Below are positions 19,683 through 30,276 of a DNA stretch of 64,000 bases, piece after piece. A program made the position numbers and the translations under genes. The notes under the pieces were generated by a model. That model was not told the DNA's origin and searched no databases. It was given only the letters and a program-made list of their open reading frames with translations. Position 1 is the stretch's first letter. The number at the start of each line of letters is the position of its first letter. The stretch is from Candidatus Zambryskibacteria bacterium RIFCSPHIGHO2_01_FULL_46_25 (GTDB lineage: Bacteria > Patescibacteriota > Minisyncoccia > Phycocordibacterales > Zambryskibacteraceae). The stretch spans positions 3,528 through 67,527 of the forward strand of contig MHVH01000005.1 in NCBI GenBank assembly GCA_001825155.1, written 5' to 3'.

Positions 19683-20065
19683 TGAGAATACTCGGTATCA
19701 CCATTCCAGAAGAAAAGCGTCTTGAAATTGGCTTAACAATCCTTTACGGGGTTGGCCGTTCGCGCGCGCGTAGCATTCTCGACCAAGCCAAGATTCCTTA
19801 CGGCACCAAGTCCAAAGAGGCTACCGTCGAGCAGGAAAACAAGATTCGTTCTGTCATTGAGACCCTTATGCTTGAGGGAGACCTCAAGCGTGAAGTAACC
19901 AGCAACGTCAAGCGTCTCAAAGATATTAAGGCTTACCGGGGTATTCGTCACCAGCGAGGCTTGCCGACTAGGGGCCAGCGCACCAAGTCAAATTCTCGCA
20001 CCACGCGACCTTATCGAGGCAGGAAGACCATGGGCACAGGCAGGAAGATAGCGGAGAAGAAATAA
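19682..20065 (+). CDS. rpsM: 30S ribosomal protein S13
   Basis: YRGIRHQRGLPTRGQRTKSNSRT. Confidence 0.95.
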   Translation: MRILGITIPEEKRLEIGLTILYGVGRSRARSILDQAKIPYGTKSKEATVEQENKIRSVIETLMLEGDLKREVTSNVKRLKDIKAYRGIRHQRGLPTRGQRTKSNSRTTRPYRGRKTMGTGRKIAEKK

Positions 20066-20069
20066 AAAT

Positions 20070-20519
20070 ATGGGAAAGCAGAAAATCGTAACAATCAAAG
20101 ATACGGAGGTGAAAGTGGCGGATGCCGCTGTTGAGGCTGCTCCTGCTCAGCCGGTCAAGTCGTCCAAGAGGCGGGTCGATTCTGGCATTCTATGCGTTGA
20201 ATCTACTTACAACAACACCAAGCTTGTGCTGACCGATAATAAAGGAAACACTCTCGCCTGGTCTTCGAGTGGGAACCTTGGTTTCAAGGGAGCGAAGAAA
20301 GGCACTCCTTTTGCCGCCGCCAAGGTTGGAGAGGCGCTTGCCGTTAAGGCCGGGGATATGGGGGTAAAGGAAGTAAGGGTGGTAGTTAAAGGGGTCGGTT
20401 CCGGACGAGAGTCGGCTATTCGCGGATTTATTTCCAAAGGTATTAATCTTGTCGCCATCCGGGACATGACCCCGGTGCCTCATAATGGGCCGAAACCGCC
20501 TAAGCCGAGAAGGACATAA
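20070..20519 (+). CDS. rpsK: 30S ribosomal protein S11
   Basis: STYNNT, KKGTPFAA and DMTPVPHNG. Confidence 0.95.
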   Translation: MGKQKIVTIKDTEVKVADAAVEAAPAQPVKSSKRRVDSGILCVESTYNNTKLVLTDNKGNTLAWSSSGNLGFKGAKKGTPFAAAKVGEALAVKAGDMGVKEVRVVVKGVGSGRESAIRGFISKGINLVAIRDMTPVPHNGPKPPKPRRT

Positions 20520-20520
20520 C

Positions 20521-21126
20521 ATGAAAATAGGACCGAAATACAAAATAGCAAGGCGTCTTGGAGCACCGATTTTCGAGAAAACCCAAGGACCGAAGTATGC
20601 CCTTTCTCTCGCGCGCAAGGAGAGAACCACAGCCAGGCGCGGTCGCCCAAAGAGCGAATATGGTCTCCAGCTTCTCGAGAAGCAGAAGGCGCGCTACAGC
20701 TACGGCATGACCGAAAGGCAATTCCGCATTTGCGTAGACAAAGCGCTTCGCTCAAGCTCTCCCGTACAGAAGCTCTTTGTCCTGCTTGAAACTCGTCTGG
20801 ACAATACGCTCTTCCGCGCTGGGATTGCCAAGACGCGCTCGGCCGCCAAGCAGATTGCCGGACATGGGCACGCTTTGGTGAATGGCCGTCGAGTGACCAT
20901 ACCATCAATGAGCCTCAAACTTGGCGATAAGGTGTCGATAAGAGAGGCATCTGCTGGAAGTATGCTCTTCTCGGATGCGGCCGATAGGATGAAAACGCTT
21001 GCCGCGCCTGCCTGGGTCAAGGTTGACCCTGAGCAGAGGGTGGCGGAAGTAGTGGGCGAGCCGGTGTACGTGCCAGGCGAACAACTCTTCGATCTCGGAG
21101 TCGTAATTGAATTCTATAACAGATAG
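20521..21126 (+). CDS. rpsD: 30S ribosomal protein S4
   Basis: SEYGLQLLEKQK, LETRLDN and IEFYNR. Confidence 0.95.
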   Translation: MKIGPKYKIARRLGAPIFEKTQGPKYALSLARKERTTARRGRPKSEYGLQLLEKQKARYSYGMTERQFRICVDKALRSSSPVQKLFVLLETRLDNTLFRAGIAKTRSAAKQIAGHGHALVNGRRVTIPSMSLKLGDKVSIREASAGSMLFSDAADRMKTLAAPAWVKVDPEQRVAEVVGEPVYVPGEQLFDLGVVIEFYNR

Positions 21127-21160
21127 TGTTATAATTATTACCTAATTTTTTCATAATATT

Positions 21161-22126
21161 ATGGCCGATTACACAATACATTTGCCTTCGAAGCCAAGAG
21201 TGGTTTCCGAGGAAGGGGATAGTGGAGTCTTCGAGATCGAAGGTCTTTACCCCGGCTACGGTCATACCCTAGGCAATAGCTTGAGACGCATCATCCTCTC
21301 CTCTCTTCCCGGTGTCGCTATTACCTCTGTCAAAATTGCCGGCGTGAGTCACGAGTTTTCGACGATAGAGGGTATTAAAGAGGATGTCGTAACCATCCTT
21401 CTTAACTTGAAGAAAATTCGTATGCGCTTCTCGACGGATGAATCACAAATTCTCTCTCTCAAGACTAAGGGCGAGAAAACTATCACAGCGGCAGATCTCG
21501 ATATTCCGGGCCAGGTGGAGATTCTTACCCCAGATGCTGTCATCGCGACCTTGACCTCCAAGTCGAGCGCTCTTGAGATTGAGATTAAGGCGGAGAAGGG
21601 ACTCGGCTTTATGCCGAAGGAAATGATTGAAAAATCCCGCGTAGACATTGGCTCCATCGCTCTCGATGGTATTTTTACGCCCATTCGTCGCGCCAGCTAC
21701 GAGGTGGAGAACATGCGCGTTGGCGACAGAACCGATTTCAATAAACTACGCCTGTTTATAGAGACGGATGGCACCATTACTCCGACCGAGGCTCTCACGG
21801 TCGCGATTGAGGTCATGATTAACCAGCTCAAGGCCATTGTCGGTTTCAAGGAGGAAATGCCTTTGGAGGAAGAGTTTCCTAAGTCTGCCGGAAGCTCTTC
21901 TGTCACAAGCCGGCCGGAAGTGGATCCGGAAGTGCTCAAGACCAGAATCGAATCTCTCGACATGGGTGCTCGCACACAGCACGCGCTTGCCGATGCCAAT
22001 ATTCGCACCGTCGGTGGCTTGGCCAGAAAGAAGGAAAAAGACCTTCTCGAGATAGAGGGTCTCGGCGCCAAGGGCATTCAGGAAATCAGGAAGGCTCTGG
22101 GAGAATTTGGCATTACTCTCAAGTAA
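21161..22126 (+). CDS. rpoA: RNA polymerase alpha subunit
   Basis: GYGHTLGNSLRRIILSSLPG and VENMRVG. Confidence 0.97.
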   Translation: MADYTIHLPSKPRVVSEEGDSGVFEIEGLYPGYGHTLGNSLRRIILSSLPGVAITSVKIAGVSHEFSTIEGIKEDVVTILLNLKKIRMRFSTDESQILSLKTKGEKTITAADLDIPGQVEILTPDAVIATLTSKSSALEIEIKAEKGLGFMPKEMIEKSRVDIGSIALDGIFTPIRRASYEVENMRVGDRTDFNKLRLFIETDGTITPTEALTVAIEVMINQLKAIVGFKEEMPLEEEFPKSAGSSSVTSRPEVDPEVLKTRIESLDMGARTQHALADANIRTVGGLARKKEKDLLEIEGLGAKGIQEIRKALGEFGITLK

Positions 22127-22127
22127 A

Positions 22128-22475
22128 ATGCGGCACGGTAACAGCAACAGAAAATTCGGTAGGAAAACCGACCAGAGAAGGGCTCTGATGAAGTCCTTGG
22201 CGTACTCACTCGCGCTTAAGGGCAAGATCAAGACTACGGAAGCCAAGGCCAAGGAGCTCCGCCCATTTATGGAGAAGCTGGTTACTCTCGGCAAGAAGGA
22301 GACTCCCGCTTCCAAGAGGCTTCTCGTAAGTCGAGTAGGGGCGCCCGCCGCCAAGAAAATTTTCAACGATCTCGCGCCTACCTACAAGGAGAGAGCCGGT
22401 GGCTATCTTCGCATTACCAAGATGGTTCGCAGAAAGTCCGACGGCGCTCCCCAGGCGGTAATAGAATTTGTATAA
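22128..22475 (+). CDS. rplQ: 50S ribosomal protein L17
   Basis: MRHG..RKFGR, IKTTEAKAKELR and RAGGYLRI. Confidence 0.95.
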   Translation: MRHGNSNRKFGRKTDQRRALMKSLAYSLALKGKIKTTEAKAKELRPFMEKLVTLGKKETPASKRLLVSRVGAPAAKKIFNDLAPTYKERAGGYLRITKMVRRKSDGAPQAVIEFV

Positions 22476-22476
22476 C

Positions 22477-22827
22477 ATGAACATGAAGCACACTATTGAT
22501 GCCAAAGGAAAAGTGCCCGGACGAATAGCGACGCAGGTAGCGGTTATTCTCATGGGGAAGAACAGAACAGACTTCGCCCGAAACAAAATTCCTGATGTCG
22601 AAGTCGAGGTCACTTCCGCCGGAGGTATGGTTCTAAACCAGAAGAAACTTACGGACAAGAAGTACGCTCGCCACTCACTCTATCCGGGAGGTCTTACGCT
22701 GGAATCGATGGCGCATGTCGTCGAGAAGAAGGGCGCCAAGGAAGTGCTCCGTCGCGCGGTTTATGGCATGCTCCCGAAGAACAAATTGCGCCCGCGCATG
22801 ATGAAGAATTTGAAAATCCATGAGTAA
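22477..22827 (+). CDS. rplM: 50S ribosomal protein L13
   Basis: IDAKGKVPGRIAT, HSLYPGGL and AVYGMLPKNKL. Confidence 0.95.
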   Translation: MNMKHTIDAKGKVPGRIATQVAVILMGKNRTDFARNKIPDVEVEVTSAGGMVLNQKKLTDKKYARHSLYPGGLTLESMAHVVEKKGAKEVLRRAVYGMLPKNKLRPRMMKNLKIHE

Positions 22828-23212
22828 AGAAAAATATTTAGAAGCAGTAGGGAGAAGGAAGACCGCGATTGCCCGCGTGCGCATCACGCCTGCGACGAAG
22901 TCCACCGTAGTCGTAAACGGGGGAGAATTCGAAAAATATTTCCCGACTCAAGAACTTCGCAGGACAATCCTTTCCGCCTTTAACGACGTGCCGGGCAAGT
23001 TCGAAGTCTCGGCCAAGCTTATCGGCGGTGGCATTTCTTCGCAAGCAGACGCCTTCCGCCACGGTATTGCCAGAGCTCTCCTCGTCCACGATGTGAACCT
23101 TCGCTCAATGCTCAAGCTCAAGGGCTTCCTCAAGCGCGACCCTCGCGCCAAGGAACGTCGCAAATTCGGTCTCAAGAAAGCCCGCAAAGCCCCGCAGTGG
23201 TCGAAGAGATAG
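22820..23212 (+). CDS. rpsI: 30S ribosomal protein S9
   Basis: GRRKTAIARV and ERRKFGLKKARKAPQWSKR. Confidence 0.97.
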   Translation: MSKEKYLEAVGRRKTAIARVRITPATKSTVVVNGGEFEKYFPTQELRRTILSAFNDVPGKFEVSAKLIGGGISSQADAFRHGIARALLVHDVNLRSMLKLKGFLKRDPRAKERRKFGLKKARKAPQWSKR

Positions 23213-23214
23213 TC

Positions 23215-23237
23215 ACTTAGCTGTCCGACAGCTAAGT
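23215..23237. repeat. 23-bp palindrome ACTTAGCTGTC-C-GACAGCTAAGT, copy 1
   Basis: Perfect 11-bp arms. It recurs at 23579-23605 and 63372-63394. Confidence 0.85.
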
Positions 23238-23318
23238 TGTGTGAATTTTTGCAAAACGAAACCCCGTACCAGAGCCGAAGCTTAGTACGGGGCGTGGGAT
23301 AGGTGTCGGCGGCGGGTT

Positions 23319-23501
23319 TCAGTCGGGGATGACACAGGCGGAAAACGAAACGATGTTCTTGCTACGTGCCAGTGCCATTTCTTCCGCGGCCTGCCGAATC
23401 TCCAGAGAGATGTTATCTCCCTCCTTGATTTCGATTTCCGTCGAATCGAGTTTGTTGTCGTGTATCTCGTCTTCTAAAACAACCATTACTAGCAACTTCA
23501 T
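23319..23501 (-). CDS. Small acidic orphan protein
   Basis: AAGGAGG precedes the ATG at 23501, and a hairpin lies downstream at about 23260-23294. Confidence 0.55.
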   Translation of the reverse strand: MKLLVMVVLEDEIHDNKLDSTEIEIKEGDNISLEIRQAAEEMALARSKNIVSFSACVIPD

Positions 23502-23578
23502 AGACAGCCTCCTTTTACTACCATACGCCAAATAAGTATTTTGTCAAATCTAAACTTGATTTATGCGGTTTTTATAAT

Positions 23579-23605
23579 GCACTTAGCTGTCGGACAGCTA
23601 AGTGC
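23579..23605. repeat. Palindrome GCACTTAGCTGTC-G-GACAGCTAAGTGC, copy 2 (inverted)
   Basis: Perfect 13-bp arms. The central base is complementary to that of copy 1. Confidence 0.85.
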
Positions 23606-23667
23606 TGAAGTGGAGGAATTCCAGTGGTTGAAGTTGCATATTATTTTGCCTAGAGCATACTAACATT

Positions 23668-24186
23668 ATGGTGAATATCTTTTGGGGAGTTCTTAGTGGT
23701 GTAATTACTTCAGCCATTCTTTTTCTTCTTTTTCTTTTGAAAGAAAAAGTTTTCAATCCTTGGTTAGAAAATAGGCTGTATAAGGGAGTGATGTTGGATG
23801 GGTCATGGACAGGCAAAAGATCACGCTCTCTCGCAAGTGTAAATCCTAAAACCGCCTCAACACATGAACTAAACATACAAATGGATCTTAAACAGAGTGG
23901 TTATAAAATCCAAGGCATTTTTTCGGCGGATTCAGGAATAACAATTCAGAAGGATAAAACGAGACAATATAGTAATGTATATAGAATACATGGGCATATT
24001 CAAGATAATTTTGTTGTTCTTGAATACTATCCATTTTCCAGAAAAAGAGTTGGTATAGGGACATTCTTACTTGAGGTTAGGGAGGGTGGCAAAAAGTTAG
24101 TGGGACACGCAACCTTTGTTTCTGAAGGGGCTATGAATATCGTAACTATGCAAGACATTACTCTCGATAGGGTTAGTGAGAATTAA
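23668..24186 (+). CDS. TM + beta-barrel protein resembling the Cap15/S-2TMbeta effector domain
   Basis: N-terminal TM segment, then LDGSWTG, LKQSGYKIQG and alternating beta strands. Low GC. The family call is by resemblance only. Confidence 0.5.
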   Translation: MVNIFWGVLSGVITSAILFLLFLLKEKVFNPWLENRLYKGVMLDGSWTGKRSRSLASVNPKTASTHELNIQMDLKQSGYKIQGIFSADSGITIQKDKTRQYSNVYRIHGHIQDNFVVLEYYPFSRKRVGIGTFLLEVREGGKKLVGHATFVSEGAMNIVTMQDITLDRVSEN

Positions 24187-24229
24187 GCCCTTGATTTTTT
24201 TTATAAATTAGATATTCTATAACCCACCT

Positions 24230-24763
24230 ATGGATCCAAAAAACGACGATTTTTCTATTGAAAGTACTGATCTTGACGACTCGGTGATAGCCGAGGAGCA
24301 TGCTAGTGAGTCCATACAGAAACTCAGGGCGAAGCTCAAGGAGGCGGAAGGGAAAGCCAAGGAGTATCTCGACGGTTGGCAGAGAGCGCAGGCCGACTTT
24401 GTTAATATAAGAAAGAGGGATGACGAAGCGAAGAATGAGTTCCTGAAGTTCGCCAATTCCGACCTCATATATCAGCTCATGCCGGTGCTCGACAGCCTGG
24501 AGCTCTCATTGCCGCATGACAACAAAGAACTTGAAGCCGTCTATAAGCAGCTTCTCTCTATCCTCAAGTCGAATGGTTTGGAAGAATCAAATCCCATGGG
24601 AATGGAATTTGATCCGCGCCTTCACGAATCCATTGGCACTCTTCCGGCCGAGACTGGCGAGGATGACCACAAAATTCTTGAAGTTGCGCAAAAAGGTTAT
24701 ATACTATCGGGGAAAATTATCAGACCCGCCAAAGTAAAGATTGGCGAATTTAACGGAAAATAA
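24230..24763 (+). CDS. grpE: Nucleotide exchange factor GrpE
   Basis: [17 protein letters not shown] and KGY..IIRPAKV. Confidence 0.95.
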   Translation: MDPKNDDFSIESTDLDDSVIAEEHASESIQKLRAKLKEAEGKAKEYLDGWQRAQADFVNIRKRDDEAKNEFLKFANSDLIYQLMPVLDSLELSLPHDNKELEAVYKQLLSILKSNGLEESNPMGMEFDPRLHESIGTLPAETGEDDHKILEVAQKGYILSGKIIRPAKVKIGEFNGK

Positions 24764-24764
24764 A

Positions 24765-26648
24765 ATGGCTAAAATAATTGGAATCGATCTTGGAACAACT
24801 TTTTCCGCGGTGGCGGTAGTGGAAGCGGGCAACCCGAAGATTCTTGAGAACGCGGAGGGCGCGCGCACCACTCCTTCCATAGTCGCTATTTCGAAAACGG
24901 GTGAGCGTCTCGTTGGCCTTCTTGCCAAACGTCAGGCCGTTACCAATCCGAAGAATACTATCTTCGGCATCAAGCGCTTTATCGGTCACACTTATGCCGA
25001 CCCTGCCGTGCAGAAGGACAAGGTTACCGTGCCATTTGAGCTCAAGGAGGGTGCCAATGGCGGCGTAATGGTGAAGATAGGTGATAAAGACAATCGTCCG
25101 GAAGAAATTTCCGCCATGATTCTACAGAAACTTAAGGTCGATGCCGAAACCAGATTGGGCGAGAAGGTGACTGAAGCTGTCATCACCGTGCCAGCCTACT
25201 TCAACGACTCTCAGCGCCAGGCTACCAAGGATGCCGGTCAGATAGCCGGATTAAACGTATTACGCATTATCAATGAGCCCACGGCCGCCGCTCTGGCATA
25301 CGGCTTCAACAAGAAGAAGAATGAGCAGATTGCGGTCTTCGACTTCGGTGGAGGTACTTTCGACATCTCCATCCTCGAGGTTGGCGATGACGTGGTGGAG
25401 GTTAAGAGCACCGACGGCGACAGTCATCTCGGAGGCAAGGATATCGACCAGAAGGTTTTAAACTTCATCGCAGACGAGTTTAAGAAAGAATCAGGAATTG
25501 ATGTAAGAAGCGACGCTCTCGCTCTCCAGCGTCTCGATGAAGCGGCTGAGAAGGCAAAGATTGAACTCTCAACTGCAACCGAAACAGAAATAAATATTCC
25601 CTTCGTTACTTCCGATGCTTCCGGTCCAAGACACCTCCTCATGAAGCTTTCTCGTGCCAAACTCGAGGAACTCTCGAGAGAATTTGTGGACCGCGCCATG
25701 GAGATAACCAAGCGGGCCGTAGAGGCATCACCCTTCAAAATAAATGAGATTGAAGAAGTAATTCTTGTCGGCGGTCAGACTAGGATGCCTATGATTGCCG
25801 AAGCGGTGAAGGTCTTCTTCGGCAAGGAGCCGAACAAATCCATCAATCCGGACGAAGTGGTCGCCCTCGGCGCCGCCATCCAGGGAGGTATTCTCGCCGG
25901 AGATGTCAAAGACGTTTTGCTTCTTGATGTTATCCCGCTTTCTCTCGGCATCGAGACCATGGGCGGAGTGGCTACCAAGCTTATCGAGAAGAACACCACC
26001 ATCCCTTCCGCGAGGTCGCAGATATTCTCCACCGCGGCTGACAACCAGACCAGCGTGGAGATTCATATCGTCCAAGGCGAGCGCGCCATGGCCGCCGACA
26101 ACAAGAGTCTCGGCCGATTTATTCTCGACGGCATACCGCCGTCGCCCAGAGGCATGCCCCAAGTTGAGGTGACCTTCGACATCGACGCCAATGGCATATT
26201 GAACGTGAAGGCCAAGGACAAGACCACCAACAAAGAACAATCGATAAGAATCGAGGCCTCCTCCGGACTCTCGAAGGAAGATATCGAGAAGATGCAGAAA
26301 GACGCCGAAACGAATGCTGCCGAAGACCAGAAGAAGAAGGAGTTAGTTGACGCCAAGAATACCGCCGAACAACTTGCCTACACCGCTGAGAAATCTCTTA
26401 AAGATGCTCCATCTGTGCCGGAAGACATCAAGTCAGGAGTTAATGGCAAAATTGACGCATTGAAAAAAGAAAAAGAAAGCGGCACTTTGGAATCCATCAA
26501 GTCCGCCACCGAGGCACTCTCGGCGGAGATGCAGAAGATAGGGGAGTACCTCAACAAACAATCAACAACTGACAATAAACAAGAAGGTCCGGAAGTGAAG
26601 GACGCTGAGGTTAAGGAAGAGCCCAAGAAAGAAGAGGAGAATAAATAA
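24765..26648 (+). CDS. dnaK: Chaperone DnaK
   Basis: [17 protein letters not shown] and DFGGGTFD. Confidence 0.98.
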   Translation: MAKIIGIDLGTTFSAVAVVEAGNPKILENAEGARTTPSIVAISKTGERLVGLLAKRQAVTNPKNTIFGIKRFIGHTYADPAVQKDKVTVPFELKEGANGGVMVKIGDKDNRPEEISAMILQKLKVDAETRLGEKVTEAVITVPAYFNDSQRQATKDAGQIAGLNVLRIINEPTAAALAYGFNKKKNEQIAVFDFGGGTFDISILEVGDDVVEVKSTDGDSHLGGKDIDQKVLNFIADEFKKESGIDVRSDALALQRLDEAAEKAKIELSTATETEINIPFVTSDASGPRHLLMKLSRAKLEELSREFVDRAMEITKRAVEASPFKINEIEEVILVGGQTRMPMIAEAVKVFFGKEPNKSINPDEVVALGAAIQGGILAGDVKDVLLLDVIPLSLGIETMGGVATKLIEKNTTIPSARSQIFSTAADNQTSVEIHIVQGERAMAADNKSLGRFILDGIPPSPRGMPQVEVTFDIDANGILNVKAKDKTTNKEQSIRIEASSGLSKEDIEKMQKDAETNAAEDQKKKELVDAKNTAEQLAYTAEKSLKDAPSVPEDIKSGVNGKIDALKKEKESGTLESIKSATEALSAEMQKIGEYLNKQSTTDNKQEGPEVKDAEVKEEPKKEEENK

Positions 26649-26670
26649 TGGTTCGACAGCCTCACCATAA

Positions 26671-27546
26671 ATGAAGGATTACTACAAGATTCTGGGTGTT
26701 AATAAGGACGCAAGCCAGGACGAGATTAAGAAGGCGTTCAGGAAGCTTGCGCACGCGCACCATCCGGACAAGTCTGGCGGCGACGAAGCCAAGTTCAAGG
26801 AAGCCAACGAAGCTTACTCCGTGCTCTCGGACAAGAAGAAACGCACGCAATATGACCAGTTTGGTTCGGCTACTGGACCAGCCGGGGGCTGGTCCAGCAC
26901 CAACGGTTTCAATCCATCGGATTTCGGCTTCTCCGCCGATTTTGGCGGATTCTCCGGATTTGGCCAGCAGGGATTCGATGCCGGAGATTTGGGTGATATT
27001 CTCTCATCTATTTTCGGCGGTAGACGAGTGCGCCGCGGCAGGGATATCGCGGTTGATATAGAATTATCTTTCCAAGAATCAATCTTTGGCGCACAACGCA
27101 AAGTGGTTATTAATTCCAAATTTGTGAAGCAGAAAGAGGTTTCCATCTCCGTGCCGCCCGGTATCGACGACGGACAGATGATAAGACTCTCCGGCATGGG
27201 CGAGACGCTTGATGGCGGGCTGCCGGGCGACCTGTATGTCAAGGTTCACGTGCGAAGGCATCCGTATCTTCGTAAGGACGGATACAATCTCGCCATGGAC
27301 TTACGAGTACTTCTCTCGGATTCGCTTCTCGGCGCCGAGAAGAAGATTGCCACGCTTGATGGCGAAATTACCTTGAAGGTTCCTTCCGGCACCAAGCATG
27401 GCACAATTCTCCGGGTGAAGGGCAGGGGCGTGCCGAGCGAGCGCGGCAGAGGCGACCTTTATATCCGCATTCTCATAGACATCCCCGAGAAGCTCTCCAA
27501 AGAACAAAAGAAACTCGTTGAGGAATTAAAGAAACAGGGGTTATAA
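26671..27546 (+). CDS. dnaJ: J-domain chaperone without a zinc finger (class B / CbpA-like)
   Basis: HPD motif, G/F-rich region and C-terminal domain, with no CxxCxGxG repeats. It follows dnaK. Confidence 0.85.
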   Translation: MKDYYKILGVNKDASQDEIKKAFRKLAHAHHPDKSGGDEAKFKEANEAYSVLSDKKKRTQYDQFGSATGPAGGWSSTNGFNPSDFGFSADFGGFSGFGQQGFDAGDLGDILSSIFGGRRVRRGRDIAVDIELSFQESIFGAQRKVVINSKFVKQKEVSISVPPGIDDGQMIRLSGMGETLDGGLPGDLYVKVHVRRHPYLRKDGYNLAMDLRVLLSDSLLGAEKKIATLDGEITLKVPSGTKHGTILRVKGRGVPSERGRGDLYIRILIDIPEKLSKEQKKLVEELKKQGL

Positions 27547-27553
27547 TTACATA

Positions 27554-28504
27554 ATGTCTAAAAAGATACTATTATCCGGGGTAAAGCCGACGGGGAGGCC
27601 GCATGTCGGCAACTATTTCGGCGCCATGAAGCAGTTCGTCGAGCTCCAGAGTCAATACGAGAGTTACATCTTCATCGCGGACCTGCACGCCCTAACTACC
27701 GTCCAGAACAGGCAAGAGCTTGAGGAGAACACGACGGGCGTGCTTCTCGACTACATGGCCATAGGCCTCGATCCAAAGTCGGTAACGATTTACAAACAAT
27801 CTGACGTGCCACAGGTGGCGGAGCTTGCATGGATTTTCAACTGTCTTACAACTGTGCCCTACCTCGAGCGTGCTCACGCTTACAAGGACGCTGTTGCCAA
27901 CAAGAAGGAGCCGAATGTGGGCCTATTTGACTACCCCATGCTCATGGCGGCGGATATCTTGATACAAGATGCGGATGTTGTACCTGTGGGTCAGGACCAG
28001 AAGCAACATGTAGAGATTGCTCGCGACACGGCAGAAAAATTCGACAGAATTTTTCAAAAATGCTTCAAACTACCAGAACCTCTTATACTCGATACTGTGG
28101 CGACCGTTCCCGGCACAGATGGCAGGAAGATGAGCAAGAGTTATAACAACACCATTCCGCTTTTCGCGAGCGATGAAGAGATAGAAAAAGCGGTGATGGG
28201 TATTGTAACCGACTCTGGCGCTGATGTTCCGGAAAATGTTTACGCTATCCACGCGCTCCTTCGTGACAGAGTTTCGCTTGACGCTCTTTATGCCGAGAAC
28301 AAGGGTCAGTACAAGAAGCTCAAGGAATTGCTTATCGAGGACTTGAAAGCCATGATTACCCCCATGCGCGAGAGGCGCCAGGCGCTCGAAGAAGATAAGT
28401 CTGCCGTGCTCGAAGTGCTCAAAGCCGGCGGCCTCGTTGCCCACGAGAGAGCCGAGAAGAAGATGGAGGAGGTGAGAAAAGCAGTGGGATTAAAATTATA
28501 CTGA
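27554..28504 (+). CDS. trpS: Tryptophan--tRNA ligase
   Basis: PTGRPHVGNY, YPMLMAADIL, VPVGQDQ and KMSKS. Confidence 0.97.
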   Translation: MSKKILLSGVKPTGRPHVGNYFGAMKQFVELQSQYESYIFIADLHALTTVQNRQELEENTTGVLLDYMAIGLDPKSVTIYKQSDVPQVAELAWIFNCLTTVPYLERAHAYKDAVANKKEPNVGLFDYPMLMAADILIQDADVVPVGQDQKQHVEIARDTAEKFDRIFQKCFKLPEPLILDTVATVPGTDGRKMSKSYNNTIPLFASDEEIEKAVMGIVTDSGADVPENVYAIHALLRDRVSLDALYAENKGQYKKLKELLIEDLKAMITPMRERRQALEEDKSAVLEVLKAGGLVAHERAEKKMEEVRKAVGLKLY

Positions 28505-28505
28505 A

Positions 28506-29747
28506 ATGATACAAGGATTCATACACGCATTAAGAATTCAGTCGAAGATTATTTTTGTCGTGGTAAGAAATCTCAAGGGCCTGACACAAGTTGTGGTCAC
28601 GGCGGATAATCCGGAATTTGATAAAGCGAAGAATCTTACTCTTGAATCAGTCATACGATGCACAGGGGAGATGAAGGATGCTCCACAAGCGCCTGGAGGG
28701 TCAGAAATGCATCCTTCTAGAATTGAGGTTCTTAGCGCCGCTGAGCCAGAACTGCCAATCCCTGTCGTAGTTAAGGGCAGTGACGAAGAAACGGAGGCAC
28801 CGACCCGTTTCGACTACCGCTGGCTTGACTTGCGAAAGCCCGAGAAGACAAAAATTTTTAAAGTCTGGACGGAATTCGAGAAAGGCTGGCGCAAATACTG
28901 GGACGAAAACGGATACATCCAGCTCTATCCGCCAGCATTCATGTCCATTCCGTCGGAGACGGGGGCAGATGTTTTTGAGGTGAAGTACTTCGACCGCAAG
29001 GCTTATCTGGCCCAGTCGCCGCAATTCTACAAGCAGATGGCTATGGCCGCGGGTATGGAGAAGGTTTTCATGGTTGGACCGGTTTTCCGCGCCGAACAGT
29101 CGTTTACCACACGCCACGTAACGGAGTTCACCGGCTGGGACTTCGAAATCTCATACATCAACGACCACAACGATGTCATGGATGCCGAAGAGGGGATGAT
29201 TGTGGCTGGCTTCGAGCAACTCAAGAAAGCTTTTCCTGACCTCGACATAACGATTCCCAAAAGACCCTTCCCGAGAATTACCATGGTTGAGGCAAAAAAG
29301 ATTCTCTCCGGCATGGGTATTCCGTCGCCCGAAGAGCACGACCTTGCGCCCGAGGAAGAGAGAGCCATTTCGGAATATGTAGAGAAGGAAATGGGACACG
29401 AATTTGTTTTTATCACCGAGTATCACAAATCCAAGAGCGCTTTCTACCACATGCGCCTCGACGAGAACTCCGACAGAAGCCGCCGGGCGGACTTGCTTTA
29501 CCGTGGCATAGAAGTGACGACCATGGCTCAGCGCGAACACAGAGTGGAAATTTTGGAAAAGCAGGCACTGGAGAAGGGTATGAATCTTGAGCCACTCAAG
29601 GATTACATCAACTTCTTCCGCTGGGGTTGTCCGCCGCATGGCGGCGCCGGTATCGGTCCGGCTCGCTTTATCATGAGAATTCTCGACTTGCCCAACGTTC
29701 GCGAAGCAACGTATTTGCCAAGAGACGTGAAGAGATTGAATCCATAA
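28506..29747 (+). CDS. aspS: Aspartate--tRNA ligase, archaeal/non-discriminating type
   Basis: YLAQSPQFYKQM, VFRAEQS, GCPPHGGAGIG and LPRD. It is short and has no GAD insertion. Confidence 0.9.
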   Translation: MIQGFIHALRIQSKIIFVVVRNLKGLTQVVVTADNPEFDKAKNLTLESVIRCTGEMKDAPQAPGGSEMHPSRIEVLSAAEPELPIPVVVKGSDEETEAPTRFDYRWLDLRKPEKTKIFKVWTEFEKGWRKYWDENGYIQLYPPAFMSIPSETGADVFEVKYFDRKAYLAQSPQFYKQMAMAAGMEKVFMVGPVFRAEQSFTTRHVTEFTGWDFEISYINDHNDVMDAEEGMIVAGFEQLKKAFPDLDITIPKRPFPRITMVEAKKILSGMGIPSPEEHDLAPEEERAISEYVEKEMGHEFVFITEYHKSKSAFYHMRLDENSDRSRRADLLYRGIEVTTMAQREHRVEILEKQALEKGMNLEPLKDYINFFRWGCPPHGGAGIGPARFIMRILDLPNVREATYLPRDVKRLNP

Positions 29748-29804
29748 ATAAAAGAAACCCGCCACCGATCGCGATGGCGGGTTTCGCCGTGATCGGGGCG
29801 GGTA

Positions 29805-30110
29805 TTACTCGATGGCCCAGAATCCGTTCGTGATGTCCCAGTTGACCTCACGACCGAACCGTCGGAGCAGTTTGTCGGTCATCTTGTACATGATCTCTTC
29901 GCTGCTCTTCTTCATGCCATCGTATTCGTACGTGAAGGCGATGCCGAACTGGTTCGTGCCACACGAGCGCACAACCATGAATTTGAACTTGGTTCCCTCG
30001 TCGCCCTGCTTGACCTCCAGGGCGAAGCTCTTCACTTCGTCCAAGGAAATCATCCGGGAAAACTTGATTTGGCCGTTGATGAGGAAGCCTTCGTAACGAA
30101 ACTGAGCCAT
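29805..30110 (-). CDS. Orphan hypothetical protein
   Basis: GGAGG ribosome-binding site, its own TTGACA-type promoter (about 30165-30197) and a shared hairpin at 29754-29785. Confidence 0.65.
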   Translation of the reverse strand: MAQFRYEGFLINGQIKFSRMISLDEVKSFALEVKQGDEGTKFKFMVVRSCGTNQFGIAFTYEYDGMKKSSEEIMYKMTDKLLRRFGREVNWDITNGFWAIE

Positions 30111-30233
30111 CTGATACCTCCGTAAGGAGTGAAAGGAACATAAGTACGCGACATTGCGTACTTCTTAATCCTATCATACTTCACTCTAAATGTCAAGCTT
30201 TTGCGAGGAAATGGCTCAAATGCGAGGTTTTAG

Positions 30234-30256
30234 CCCTTCGACAAGCTCAGGGTAAA
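30234..30256. repeat. CCCTTCGACAAGCTCAGGGTAAA element
   Basis: Relatives occur at 14936, 17931 and 26648, and a reverse copy lies inside recR at 57669. Confidence 0.7.
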
Positions 30257-30276
30257 GGATATATAATGTTATTTAA

